Assembly: GCA_028875725.1 (NCBI GenBank)
Contig: JAPPCR010000006.1
Coordinates: 272,134-336,133 of the forward strand
Reading direction: 5' to 3'
DNA from: Acidobacteriota bacterium
GTDB taxonomy: Bacteria; Acidobacteriota; Thermoanaerobaculia; Multivoradales; Multivoraceae
DNA length: 64,000 nucleotides
The notes beneath the pieces are model-generated. The model was given only the letters and a program-made list of their open reading frames with translations. It did not search any database and was not told the DNA's origin. The position numbers were made by a program, and so were the translations under genes. Positions 8,849 through 18,623 of this stretch are shown piece by piece (within the stretch, counting starts at the first letter, position 1; every line of letters begins with the position of its first letter).

Positions 8849-10327
8849 GTGACGGCAAGCGCGCTGGTCCTCGTCCCCCTGGGCCTCTACATGCTGGTCC
8901 TGATCGGGCTCGGCCTGTGGGGCCGGCGCGAAGGAGGGAGCCTGGAGGGCTACTACGTGGCCGGCAAGAAGCTGCCCTCCTGGGTCATTGCCTTCAGTTC
9001 GAACGCCACCGGCGAGAGCGGCTGGCTGCTGCTCGGTCTGACCGGCATGGGCTACGCGGTGGGCTTCCACGCGCTCTGGGTCGTGTTCGGCGAGGTGATG
9101 GGCGTTGCGATCGCCTGGACCCTCGTTTCGCGGCCGTTCAAGGAGTACACCGACCGCTACCGGGCGATTACCGTTCCCGACTACCTGGAGGAGCGGTTCC
9201 GGGACCGCCGGCAACTGCTGCGGAAGCTGAGCATCGCGATCATCCTGTCGATGGTCGCGGTCTACTGTTGCGCGCAACTTGTCGCGACGGGCAAGGCCTT
9301 CTCGTCCTTCCTGGGCTTCAGCTACGTCCACGGCGTTTTTCTGGGCGCGGGCGTGACGATCGTCTACACGGCGGTCGGCGGCTTCAAGGCGGTGGCCTAC
9401 TCGGACCTGGTGCAGGGCCTGCTCATGGTGGGCGGGCTCGCCATGCTCCCGATCGTTGGCGTCGCGGCCGCGGGCGGTTGGCACGAAGTGATCGGCGCGC
9501 TCCAGGCGGCCGATCCCAACCTGTTACGTGCGATGGGCAGCCACGGCGCGACCTGGGCCGGCGTGCTTTCGGCTGCGAGCTTCGCCGGCATCGGCCTCGC
9601 CTTTCTTGGCGTGCCGCAGCTTCTGACCCGGTTCATGTCGGCGGCTTCCGGCCGCGAACTGGTCCGCGGCGGCCGGGTCGCGGTCGTGTGCATGGTCCTG
9701 TTCGACGTCGGTGCCGTGTTCACCGGGATCGCCGGACGGGCCCTGTTCCCGTTGCTGGACGATCCGGAGACCGTGATGCCGACGATGAGTGCGGAACTGT
9801 TCCCGGCCCTCTTCACCGGCATCTTCCTGGTCATCGTTCTGGGCGCGATCATGTCGACGGTCGATTCCCTGTTGATCCTCGCCTCGTCTTCGGTGGTGCG
9901 GGATTTCGGACAGAAGATCCTCGGTGCGGCGCGTGGCGGGGGGCGCCTGTCGCGCTACGGGAAGTTCGTCACCGCGCTCGTGGGCCTGGTGGCCATCCCC
10001 TTCGCCCTGTCCGAACCGCCGCTGCTGTTCTGGTTCATGCTCTTCGCCTGGTCAGGGCTGGGCGGCGCCTTCGTTCCGGTCATTCTCTGCTCCCTCTTCT
10101 GGAAACGGACGACGTTGCCGGGTGCGCTGGCCGGGATGGCGGCGGGATTCGCGGTGACGGTGATCTGGGTCGTACTGTTCAAGGCGTCCTACTACGACCT
10201 GTACGAGCTGATCCCGGGGCTCATCGCCGGGACGGCGGCGACGGTGGTCGTCAGTCTGTGGACGAGTCCGCCCGAAGGCGCGGCGGCGGAGTTCGAGGAC
10301 GTTCACGCGGTGGTCAGAGGTTCGTAG
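8849..10327 (+). CDS. sodium:solute symporter family (SSS) transporter
   Basis: It has multiple TM segments, and its N-terminal architecture and conserved regions are typical of SSS (PutP/SglT-like) carriers. Confidence 0.88.
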   Translation: MTASALVLVPLGLYMLVLIGLGLWGRREGGSLEGYYVAGKKLPSWVIAFSSNATGESGWLLLGLTGMGYAVGFHALWVVFGEVMGVAIAWTLVSRPFKEYTDRYRAITVPDYLEERFRDRRQLLRKLSIAIILSMVAVYCCAQLVATGKAFSSFLGFSYVHGVFLGAGVTIVYTAVGGFKAVAYSDLVQGLLMVGGLAMLPIVGVAAAGGWHEVIGALQAADPNLLRAMGSHGATWAGVLSAASFAGIGLAFLGVPQLLTRFMSAASGRELVRGGRVAVVCMVLFDVGAVFTGIAGRALFPLLDDPETVMPTMSAELFPALFTGIFLVIVLGAIMSTVDSLLILASSSVVRDFGQKILGAARGGGRLSRYGKFVTALVGLVAIPFALSEPPLLFWFMLFAWSGLGGAFVPVILCSLFWKRTTLPGALAGMAAGFAVTVIWVVLFKASYYDLYELIPGLIAGTAATVVVSLWTSPPEGAAAEFEDVHAVVRGS

Positions 10328-10342
10328 GACTACACTCGCGCG

Positions 10343-12973
10343 ATGCGCCTTAGACTGCCCTTCGTTCTTCTCATCTTCAGCACCGTAGCTGCGGCTGCCG
10401 CCGAAGATCTGTCGTACTACCTGCCGGACGCCCGCGACCCGGCGGGCTACGACCCGGGCGTGCCCCGTCCGTCCGCCGTGCTTGGCTACGAGGTGGGCGA
10501 GTGGCACGTTCGTCCCGATCAGCTCAACGCCTACATGCGGGCCGTGGCCGCGTCCTCGCCACGGGTGACCATCTCCGTGCAGGGGCACAGCCACGAGCAG
10601 CGTCCCCAGCCCCTGCTGACGATCACGTCGCCGCGCAACCATGCCCGGCTCGACGAGATCCACGAACAGCGGCGCGGCGTCGTCGACCCGCGGCAACCGG
10701 CGCCGGAACTCGAGGACCTGCCGGTCGTCATCTGGCTCGGCTACAGCATCCACGGCAACGAGCCGAGCGGCGCGAGTGCCTCGATGCTGGTTGCCTACCA
10801 CCTGGCCGCGTCGCTCTCCGACGTCGTCGCGGAGCAACTGGAGCAGGCGGTCATCCTCCTGGATCCGAGCCTGAATCCGGACGGGATCGGCCGCTTTGCC
10901 CATTGGGCGAACACGAACCGCGGCATGGTGCTGAATGCCGATCCTGCCCACCGGGAGCACCGTGAACCGTGGCCGGGGGGCCGCACGAATCACTACTGGT
11001 TCGACCTGAACCGGGACTGGCTGCTGCTGCAGCACCCCGAGTCGCGGAACCGGATGGTGACCTGGAAGGCCTGGCAGCCGAACCTGGTCGGCGATTTCCA
11101 CGAGATGGGCTCCGACGCCACGTTCTTCTTTCAGCCGGGCGTTCCGAGCCGGCGCAATCCCCTGATTCCCGAGCGCAACGTGGAGCTGACGGAAGCGATC
11201 GCGGCGCATCACGCGGCCGTGTTCGACGGCGCGGGCCGGCTCTACTACAGCCGGGAGGGCTTCGACGACTTCTACCTCGGCAAGGGCTCGACCTACCCGG
11301 ACGCACACGGCGCGGTCGGTTTCCTGTTCGAGCAGGCGAGAGCGGCGGGGCACCGGCTCGAGACGGCGAACGGCGAACTGGCGTTCGTGTACGGGATCAA
11401 GAACCAGTTACTGGCCTCGCTGTCGATGGTCGAGGGCGGCGTGGCGAAGCGCCTGGAACTGCTGGAGCACCAGCGCGACTTCTTCCGCGGCGCTCTGGCC
11501 GAGGCGGAGGCGGCCGGTCCGGCCGCCTGGGTGTTCCACGTGGACGGCGACCACGGCCGCGCCCACCGGATGCTCGACCTGCTGCTGAGGCACGAGATCG
11601 AGGTCTACGGGACGGCAGAGGAAATCGCGGTTTCCGGCCGGGCCTACACGCCGGGCACGTCATGGCTGGTGCCGCTGGCGCAGCCCCAGTCGACGCTCGT
11701 GCGCTCCCTCTTCGAGAAGGTCACCGAGTTCAACGACTCCGTGTTCTACGACGTCTCGGCGTGGACGCTGCCGCTCGCCTTCGGCGCCGAGTACGACTTG
11801 CTCGAAGGCGGCGTCTACCGGCCCGAGTTGCTGGGGACGGCGGTTACCGACGCCGCGATCGAGCCGGGCGCGTTCAGTGCCCCTCCCCGAGGTACGTCGA
11901 CCTACGCCTACGCCTTCTCCTGGGACGGCTACTTCTCGGCCCGCACCCTCAACCGCCTGCAGCGGGCGGGCGCGCGGGCCCGGGCCGCGACGGCTTCGTT
12001 CATCGCCGAGACCCCCGACGGCCCTCAGGCTTTCGAGCCGGGAGCGATCGTCGTGCCGGTCGGCCGGGACGGCGAGCCGGGCGCCAATGCCCGGGTCGCG
12101 CTGGAGGCGCTGTTCGCGGAGGCGGCGGCCGCGGACGGCGTCGACGTCCATCGCCTGATCAGCGGTCAGGCGGCGGCCGGGATCGACCTCGGCAGTCCGA
12201 GTCTGCGGCCTCTGGTCGCGCCGCGTCCCCTGCTCGTGACCGGCAGGGGCGTTTCCGCGTACCGGGTCGGCGAGGCCTGGCACGTGCTCGACGAACGCTT
12301 CGGCGTTGAGGCGTCCCTGGTCGATCTCGGAGCGCTCGGCGGCGTGGACCTGGACCGCTACACCCATGTCGTGCTGACTCTTGGCGGCTTCGGCGGCGGG
12401 GCCCCGCGGGACGACGTTCGGGATCGCCTCCGGAACTGGGTGCGGAGCGGCGGCGCGGTCGTGGCCATCGGCGCGGCCAGCCGTTGGGCAGGCGTCGAAC
12501 TTCTGGGCCGCGAAGCGGAGGTCGACGAGGGTGAGGACGCGGGCGCGTCCGAAGCGTCGGAGCGTCACCGCTACGCCGACTACCGGGACCAGCGAGCCGA
12601 GCAGCTCATGGCCGGCACGATCGTCGGCGCCGAACTCGATCTGACGCATCCGCTGGCTTACGGCTATAGGCGGTCGGCCCTCGCCGTGATCCGCACCGGC
12701 GAGTGGATCCTCCCGCCCAGCTCCGATCCCTTCGAGAACGTCGCCCTGTACCAGGACCCGCCGCGGCTCTCCGGTTGGATTTCACCCGAGAACCAGCGTC
12801 GGCTGGCCGGCAAACCGGCCGTCATCGCCAGTCGGATGGGCCGCGGCGTCGTGATTCAGCTTCTCGACAATCCAAACTTCCGCGCCTACTTCTACGGTGC
12901 CAACCGGCTGTTCCTGAACTCGATCTTCCTCTCCGGCCTGATCGACGCAACGTCGGCGCCGGATACCTGGTAG
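10343..12973 (+). CDS. secreted M14 family zinc carboxypeptidase (large multidomain form)
   Basis: It has a signal peptide. The M14 zinc-binding region GYSIHGNEPSG is present, and the N-terminus is Peptidase_M14-like. Confidence 0.85.
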   Translation: MRLRLPFVLLIFSTVAAAAAEDLSYYLPDARDPAGYDPGVPRPSAVLGYEVGEWHVRPDQLNAYMRAVAASSPRVTISVQGHSHEQRPQPLLTITSPRNHARLDEIHEQRRGVVDPRQPAPELEDLPVVIWLGYSIHGNEPSGASASMLVAYHLAASLSDVVAEQLEQAVILLDPSLNPDGIGRFAHWANTNRGMVLNADPAHREHREPWPGGRTNHYWFDLNRDWLLLQHPESRNRMVTWKAWQPNLVGDFHEMGSDATFFFQPGVPSRRNPLIPERNVELTEAIAAHHAAVFDGAGRLYYSREGFDDFYLGKGSTYPDAHGAVGFLFEQARAAGHRLETANGELAFVYGIKNQLLASLSMVEGGVAKRLELLEHQRDFFRGALAEAEAAGPAAWVFHVDGDHGRAHRMLDLLLRHEIEVYGTAEEIAVSGRAYTPGTSWLVPLAQPQSTLVRSLFEKVTEFNDSVFYDVSAWTLPLAFGAEYDLLEGGVYRPELLGTAVTDAAIEPGAFSAPPRGTSTYAYAFSWDGYFSARTLNRLQRAGARARAATASFIAETPDGPQAFEPGAIVVPVGRDGEPGANARVALEALFAEAAAADGVDVHRLISGQAAAGIDLGSPSLRPLVAPRPLLVTGRGVSAYRVGEAWHVLDERFGVEASLVDLGALGGVDLDRYTHVVLTLGGFGGGAPRDDVRDRLRNWVRSGGAVVAIGAASRWAGVELLGREAEVDEGEDAGASEASERHRYADYRDQRAEQLMAGTIVGAELDLTHPLAYGYRRSALAVIRTGEWILPPSSDPFENVALYQDPPRLSGWISPENQRRLAGKPAVIASRMGRGVVIQLLDNPNFRAYFYGANRLFLNSIFLSGLIDATSAPDTW

Positions 12974-13088
12974 GCCGGCGGTCCGAGGTCAGCTCGCGAC
13001 TTCGCCAGGAATCTTGCGCTCCCTCGCAGGGTTGTGCTGAGATCCTGCGTCGAAAACTGGTGTCCACTGTTCACGGAGAACGTCGAGA

Positions 13089-14099
13089 GTGACCGAAACC
13101 GACCACCCCGACTCCGTCCCGTCCGCGGTAGCGGCGGAGACCGAGGCCGCATTGCCCGAGGCCGACGCGCCTGGCGAGGTCCTGATCTCCGTCGCCGACC
13201 TGACCAAGCACTATGGTGCGATCCGCGCCGTCGACGGCATCAGCTTCCAGGTGCGCCGCGGCGACGTGCTCGGCTTCCTGGGGCCGAACGGCGCCGGCAA
13301 GACGACGGCGATGAAGATGATCACCGGTTTCCTGGAGCCGGACCGGGGTTCGGTCGCGGTCGCCGGCATCGACGTCGCCGCCGACCGCCTGGCCGTCAGC
13401 CGGCGGATCGGGTACCTGCCGGAGGACGCCCCCGCTTACGGCGAGATGACGGTCGAGGCGTTCCTGCGGTTCATCGCCGAGGCCCGGGAGCTGGAGGCGG
13501 CGGATGAGGCGATCGACAGGGTGCTCGAGACGGCCCACCTGCGGAGCGTGCGCGGCCAGACGATCGAGACCCTGTCGAAGGGATACAAGCGCCGCGTCGG
13601 TCTGGCGCAGGCGCTGATCCACGATCCGGACGTGCTGATCCTGGACGAACCGACGGACGGCCTCGACCCGAACCAGAAGGCGGTGGTCCAGGACCTGATC
13701 TCCAGCCTTTCCGCGAATCGCTGCATCGTCCTCTCGACCCACATCCTCGACGAGGCCGAGCGAGTGTGCAACCGCGCGGTCATCCTCTCGGAAGGGCGCA
13801 TCCTGGTCGATTCGACGCCGGACGCCCTGGTCGCCCAGGCACCGGGCCACAACGCCGTCCGTTTCCGGGTGACCGAGGGCGACGCCGCCGACGTGGCGGC
13901 GATCCTGTCCGCCGCCGACTGGTGCGCCGGCGCCCGCGTGTTGCCCGGTGGCGAAGTCGAGGCGGAGCCCAGGGACGGTCAGAACCGGCTGAACGACTTG
14001 CTGGCGGCGGTCGGCGAGCACCGGGTCGCCGATGTCAGGGTGCGTGAAGGCCGGCTCGACGAGCTGTTTCGCGACGTGACCAGGGGAGTGGCGGCATGA
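13089..14099 (+). CDS. ABC transporter ATP-binding protein (GldA-like)
   Basis: It has Walker A (GPNGAGKTT), an ABC signature and Walker B. It is the first gene of a GldA/F/G-type cluster. Confidence 0.9.
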   Translation: MTETDHPDSVPSAVAAETEAALPEADAPGEVLISVADLTKHYGAIRAVDGISFQVRRGDVLGFLGPNGAGKTTAMKMITGFLEPDRGSVAVAGIDVAADRLAVSRRIGYLPEDAPAYGEMTVEAFLRFIAEARELEAADEAIDRVLETAHLRSVRGQTIETLSKGYKRRVGLAQALIHDPDVLILDEPTDGLDPNQKAVVQDLISSLSANRCIVLSTHILDEAERVCNRAVILSEGRILVDSTPDALVAQAPGHNAVRFRVTEGDAADVAAILSAADWCAGARVLPGGEVEAEPRDGQNRLNDLLAAVGEHRVADVRVREGRLDELFRDVTRGVAA

Positions 14100-14857
14100 G
14101 CGGTCTGGCACGCCGGTTCACCGGCATGAGAGCGGTGCTGCGCCGGGAGTTCCACGGCTACTTCGCCTCGCCGCTGGGCTACATCTTCATCGTCATCTTC
14201 CTGATCGCCAGCGGCTACTTGATGGTGTCGCGCGACTTCGGCCGTTTTCTGGAACTCCGCGAGGCGAATCTCGACGCATTGTTCAGCTACCTGCCGTGGA
14301 TCTTCGTCGTGCTGGTGCCGGCGGTGGCGATGCGGCTCTGGGCCGAGGAACGCCGGTCCGGCACCGTCGAGCTGCTGCTTACCCTGCCGATCACCCTCGA
14401 GGGTTCCTATCTCGGGAAGTTCCTGGCCGGCTGGGCCTTCCTCGCCGTCTCCGTGTTCCTGACCTGGCCGGCGGTGTTCCAGGTGGCCCGCCTCGGCGAC
14501 CCGGACTGGGGCGCGATCTTCGCGAGCTACGTCGCGACGCTGCTGGCGGCGGCGGTGCTGCTGGCGATCGGCCTTCTGTTCTCGGCGCTGTCGAAGAACC
14601 AGGTGGTGGCATTCATCCTGGCCGTGGCGGCGTCGGTCGGCTTCCTACTGATCGGCGTGCCGCAGACACAGGAGTTCGTGGGCAAGTGGTTCGGCGGCTA
14701 CGTCGAGCGGGTCGTCTCGTCGCTGAGCCTGCTCGATCACTTCGAGACGCTGACCCGGGGTCTGTTGCAGTTGAACTCGTTGCTGTTCTTCGTGTTGTTT
14801 ACCGTCGGCTGGCTGGTCTGCGGCATGTTGGTGCTCGGCCAGACGAAGACGAACTGA
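14096..14857 (+). CDS. ABC-2 type permease (GldF-like)
   Basis: It has about 6 TM helices. Its start overlaps the ATPase stop, and its position is the typical one in the cluster. Confidence 0.85.
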   Translation: MSGLARRFTGMRAVLRREFHGYFASPLGYIFIVIFLIASGYLMVSRDFGRFLELREANLDALFSYLPWIFVVLVPAVAMRLWAEERRSGTVELLLTLPITLEGSYLGKFLAGWAFLAVSVFLTWPAVFQVARLGDPDWGAIFASYVATLLAAAVLLAIGLLFSALSKNQVVAFILAVAASVGFLLIGVPQTQEFVGKWFGGYVERVVSSLSLLDHFETLTRGLLQLNSLLFFVLFTVGWLVCGMLVLGQTKTN

Positions 14858-14869
14858 GGGTGTGGGCAG

Positions 14870-16954
14870 ATGACTGACGAACCGAGGACGAAGCAGAGCC
14901 GCGTGCTGACGCTGGCACTGATCGGCCTGATGACCGCGCTGTCGATCCACGTCGCGAACGAGTGGTTCGAGGGCCTCCGCGTCGACCTGACCGGCGACGA
15001 CCTCTACTCCCTGACGGACGGATCCCACGTCATCCTCGATCGGATGCAGGAGGAGGGGATCAAGCCGCTCGACATCCGGCTCTACTTCTCCGAGACGACG
15101 GGCAAGACGCTGCCCAAGTTCGTCAAGGACTTCATCGGATACGAGCGCTACCTCCGCAGCCTGCTCGGCGAGTACGAGCGGGCTGCTGCGGGGAAGATCC
15201 AGGTCGAGTGGATCGACCCGATTCCGGACAGCGACGCCGCCGACCAGGCCGCCGAGGACGGCCTCGACGGCAAGCTGATCAACCAGAACGGCGACCTCTT
15301 CTACTTCGGCCTCGCCTTCGAGACCCAGACCGGCAGCCGGGAGACCATCGAGTTCCTGTGGCCTCAGGAGCAGGGGAACATCGAGTACGAGATTTCGAAG
15401 AAGATCCACGGCCTGCTCTGGCCGACACGCCAGCGGGTGGGGGTCCTGTCGAGTCTCGAGGTGTTCGGCGGCGCCCAGGATCCGATGATGGCGCAGATGC
15501 TGGCCGCCCAGGGACGGACGCCTTCCCAGAAGTGGATTCTCGTCCAGGTCCTCGAGGATCTCTACGACGTCTCGCAGGTCCCTGCCGACGTCGACGAGAT
15601 CCCGCGCGAGGACTACGACCTCCTGGTCGTGCTTCATCCGAAGGCGCTGCCGGACAAGACCGTCTTCGCGATCGACCAGTGGGTGGCCGGGGGCGGCAAC
15701 ACGCTGGTCTTCGTCGATCCCTACGCGTTGGGCGACACGCCGCCGCAGAACCCGCAGCAACCCTGGGCGGCGCTCCAGTACCAGCCGGCCTCGAACCTGG
15801 CGCCGTTGCTCGACGCCTGGGGCCTGGAGCTCCTGGACAACGAGTTCGCGGCCGACTTCGAACTGGCGGCGCGCCGGCCGATGAGCCAGTTCGGCGCGTC
15901 GGAGTCGGTGATCATCGACCTGGTGGTCGACTCGAGCCGGCACGACGATGTGCTGGATGGGGAGAGCCCGATGCTGAGGGGCCTGTCCGAGCTGCGTTTC
16001 TTCCTTTCCGGAGTGCTGCGCGAGAGCGAGAGTCGCGAAGAGGCAGTCGCGGAGGCCGGCGCCGCCGAGGAAGAAGAGGACGCGGCGGATGTCGCCGAGC
16101 AGGCCGGGGGCGTCGAGCGCCGTCCGCTGATCTCGACCACGGCCGCCGGCAACACCCTCGAGGTGCTGCCCGGCTTCGGCGGCGGCGATGCCCTCGCGTA
16201 CACCGACCTGAACGACGGCGCCAAGCTTCGCGACGCCTTCATGCCGGGGGAGGAGCCCCTGGTCCTCGCCTACGTGGTTCGCGGCAAGCTGCCGACTGCC
16301 TTCCCGGAGGGCGTGGACTACCCGGACAGGGAGGCGGTGCGGCCGCCGAACCTGCCGCCGGAGATCGAGGTTCCGCCGCCCGACGACGTGGAGATCATTC
16401 ACCGCGATCCGCTGCCCGACGAGGAGCGTGCAGAGGCGGCGGTGGTCGTGTTCGCGGACGTGGACTTCGTCCACGACCAGATCGCCTTCCTGCAGAACCC
16501 GTTCGGCATCGTCCAGGCCCAGAACGACAACCACAAGGTCGTCCTGAACAGCATCGACTACCTGCTTGGCTCCCAGGACCTGATGGCGGTCCGGGCCAAG
16601 AGCGGAATGAGTCGGCCCTTCCTCCGTTTCGACGAGATCGAAGCCCAGGCGGAACTCGACACGCTCGACCGCGAACGGCAGATCCGCGAGGAAATCGAGA
16701 GCTTCCAGGAGGAGCTGCGGGAGAAGCAGGGCGAGATCACTCAACGGAACGCGGCACTGTTCGAACGGCAGTTGCAGGACGAGGTCGACGAGTTGAACGA
16801 GCGGATCCTGGAGGCGAACCGCGAACTCCGGGACATCCGCAAGGGCCGTCGCGAGGCTCTGGAGCGCGAAGAGTCGGCGGTGCGCTTCGCCGTCATCGGC
16901 TGGATGCCGATCGTCGTGCTGCTGGTCGGCCTGTACCGGGCCCGAAGGCGTTAG
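14870..16954 (+). CDS. ABC-type auxiliary component (GldG-like)
   Basis: It has N- and C-terminal TM anchors. Its large periplasmic domain is of the GldG family, with a coiled-coil C-terminal region. Confidence 0.85.
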   Translation: MTDEPRTKQSRVLTLALIGLMTALSIHVANEWFEGLRVDLTGDDLYSLTDGSHVILDRMQEEGIKPLDIRLYFSETTGKTLPKFVKDFIGYERYLRSLLGEYERAAAGKIQVEWIDPIPDSDAADQAAEDGLDGKLINQNGDLFYFGLAFETQTGSRETIEFLWPQEQGNIEYEISKKIHGLLWPTRQRVGVLSSLEVFGGAQDPMMAQMLAAQGRTPSQKWILVQVLEDLYDVSQVPADVDEIPREDYDLLVVLHPKALPDKTVFAIDQWVAGGGNTLVFVDPYALGDTPPQNPQQPWAALQYQPASNLAPLLDAWGLELLDNEFAADFELAARRPMSQFGASESVIIDLVVDSSRHDDVLDGESPMLRGLSELRFFLSGVLRESESREEAVAEAGAAEEEEDAADVAEQAGGVERRPLISTTAAGNTLEVLPGFGGGDALAYTDLNDGAKLRDAFMPGEEPLVLAYVVRGKLPTAFPEGVDYPDREAVRPPNLPPEIEVPPPDDVEIIHRDPLPDEERAEAAVVVFADVDFVHDQIAFLQNPFGIVQAQNDNHKVVLNSIDYLLGSQDLMAVRAKSGMSRPFLRFDEIEAQAELDTLDRERQIREEIESFQEELREKQGEITQRNAALFERQLQDEVDELNERILEANRELRDIRKGRREALEREESAVRFAVIGWMPIVVLLVGLYRARRR

Positions 16955-16966
16955 GAGTCAACCGGC

Positions 16967-18028
16967 ATGAACCAGATGAACCAGCGACTGGCGGCGGCCG
17001 CCGCGGTGCTGCTCGCCCTTTCCGTCTTCAGCTACTGGAACAGCGTGTCGCGCGCGGAGCGCTTCGAGACCGGCCAGAGGTTCCTGCCCAACCTGAACCC
17101 GGACGAGATCGCGCAGGTAGAGGTGATCCAGGGCGGTGAGCAGGTGACGCTGACGCGTGACGGCGACCGCTACGTCGTCGAGGAGGTCCACGACTACCAG
17201 GCCAGGAACGAAGGAGTGAACCGGCTGGTGCGCAACCTGCTCGACATCGAGCTGGCCAAGGATGTCGGCTCCGGCGAGAGTCTGGCCGCGGAGCTCGGGA
17301 TCGAACCACCCGGTGAGGACACCGTCGAGGTGGCGCTCAGGAACGCGGCCGGCAGCGACATGGTCCGGCTACGGGTCGGCGACCGCTTCGCCGATGGCAG
17401 TGGCAACTACGTGCGGCGCCTCGACGGCGAGGACGACCCGATCTATCTGACCGCAGCGACCGTGCTGATCGACAGCACCGCGGATCAGTTCCTGCAGAAG
17501 GAGATCGTCGATGTCGCCTCAGGCGACGTGGTGCGCATCGAGGGTCCCGACTTCACGTTCAGCAAGGACGGCGAAGAGGGCGCGGATCTCGCACTCCAGC
17601 GGGTGCCGTCCGGGCGGCGTGAGAAGACGAGCGAGGTCGGCCGGGTCAAGAACTTCCTGTCCCGCCTTCGGTTCTCCGAGGTCCATCTGGCCGACGACGA
17701 GGAAGTGACCGATCTCTCCTTCGATGGCGAGTTCCGCTACGAGCTGGCGGATGGCTCCGGCTACGCCGTCGCGGTCGCCGCGCGCGAGGACGACCGCTAC
17801 ATCCGCATCGGCGGCTACCACACGGTGCAACAGGTGGAGATCGAGCGGGACACGCCGGAGGAGGAGCTCCAGGAGAAGGCGGACATCCTGAACCGGGCGG
17901 AGGAGATGCAGGAGTTCAACGACTACCACGGCTCCTGGGTCTACAAGCTGGACAGCTTCACCGGCGAGAAGCTCGACCTGCGCCGCGCCGACCTGATCGA
18001 GGACATCGGAGGCGACGAGGAGAGCTGA
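16967..18028 (+). CDS. DUF4340 domain-containing protein
   Basis: It has an N-terminal TM. The family is conserved downstream of GldG-like genes. Confidence 0.75.
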   Translation: MNQMNQRLAAAAAVLLALSVFSYWNSVSRAERFETGQRFLPNLNPDEIAQVEVIQGGEQVTLTRDGDRYVVEEVHDYQARNEGVNRLVRNLLDIELAKDVGSGESLAAELGIEPPGEDTVEVALRNAAGSDMVRLRVGDRFADGSGNYVRRLDGEDDPIYLTAATVLIDSTADQFLQKEIVDVASGDVVRIEGPDFTFSKDGEEGADLALQRVPSGRREKTSEVGRVKNFLSRLRFSEVHLADDEEVTDLSFDGEFRYELADGSGYAVAVAAREDDRYIRIGGYHTVQQVEIERDTPEEELQEKADILNRAEEMQEFNDYHGSWVYKLDSFTGEKLDLRRADLIEDIGGDEES

Positions 18029-18147
18029 GAGCAGGGCTCGTAGCGGGCTCTCGGAGCGCTTCGCGCGCGGTCGATTCGGGCTGCTATCTTTCGGCTCCGC
18101 ACGTCGCGGCTGGTTGCGACGGTAGCGACTTCAAGGGAGCACTCTCG

Positions 18148-18516
18148 ATGTTGGGATACTGCACGATCGGCGTGAACGACATGGACCGGGCAACGGCCTT
18201 CTACGATGCGCTGCTCGGCGAGCTGGGCGCGAAGACGATGTTCGACATGGGCCGGATCAAGGGCTACGGCGTCGCGCCCGGACAGCCGATGCTCGCCATC
18301 TGCATTCCCTACAACGAGGAGCCGCAGGTACCCGGAAACGGGAACATGGTGGCGATCGCCGCGGCTTCGCAGGAGCAGGTCAACCAGCTCCATGCCAGGG
18401 CGCTCGAGCTGGGCGGCACCGACGAGGGCGCGCCCGGAACGCGGGTGGCCACGTTCTATGGCGGCTATGTGCGGGACCTGGACGGCAACAAGCTCTGCTT
18501 CTTCAAGATGGGCTGA
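18148..18516 (+). CDS. VOC (glyoxalase/bleomycin resistance/dioxygenase) family protein
   Basis: Its length and sequence pattern are those of a VOC domain. An AAGGGAG RBS lies upstream. Confidence 0.8.
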   Translation: MLGYCTIGVNDMDRATAFYDALLGELGAKTMFDMGRIKGYGVAPGQPMLAICIPYNEEPQVPGNGNMVAIAAASQEQVNQLHARALELGGTDEGAPGTRVATFYGGYVRDLDGNKLCFFKMG

Positions 18517-18588
18517 AGCTCGGACGGCCGTCGGGCGATTCGGCTGGCAGCGCGTCGCCCCCGGGAGTTGTTCGATGTCGCGCAGTTG

Positions 18589-18610
18589 ATTTTTAGTAGG
18601 AACTAAAAAT
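18589..18610. promoter_or_regulatory. AT-rich perfect palindrome ATTTTTAGT-AGGA-ACTAAAAAT; candidate operator or terminator
   Basis: It has perfect 9-bp inverted arms with a 4-nt spacer, AT-rich in a ~70% GC genome. It lies 14 bp upstream of the TonB-dependent receptor start. Confidence 0.35.
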
Positions 18611-18623
18611 AAGATTCGCGACC

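Noticed and set aside
10052-11353. 433-aa minus-strand ORF
   Set aside because: It overlaps the M14 carboxypeptidase gene in antisense and has no recognisable domain.
14645-16744. 699-aa minus-strand ORF
   Set aside because: It is antisense to the GldG-like gene, with no motifs and a GC-artefact composition.
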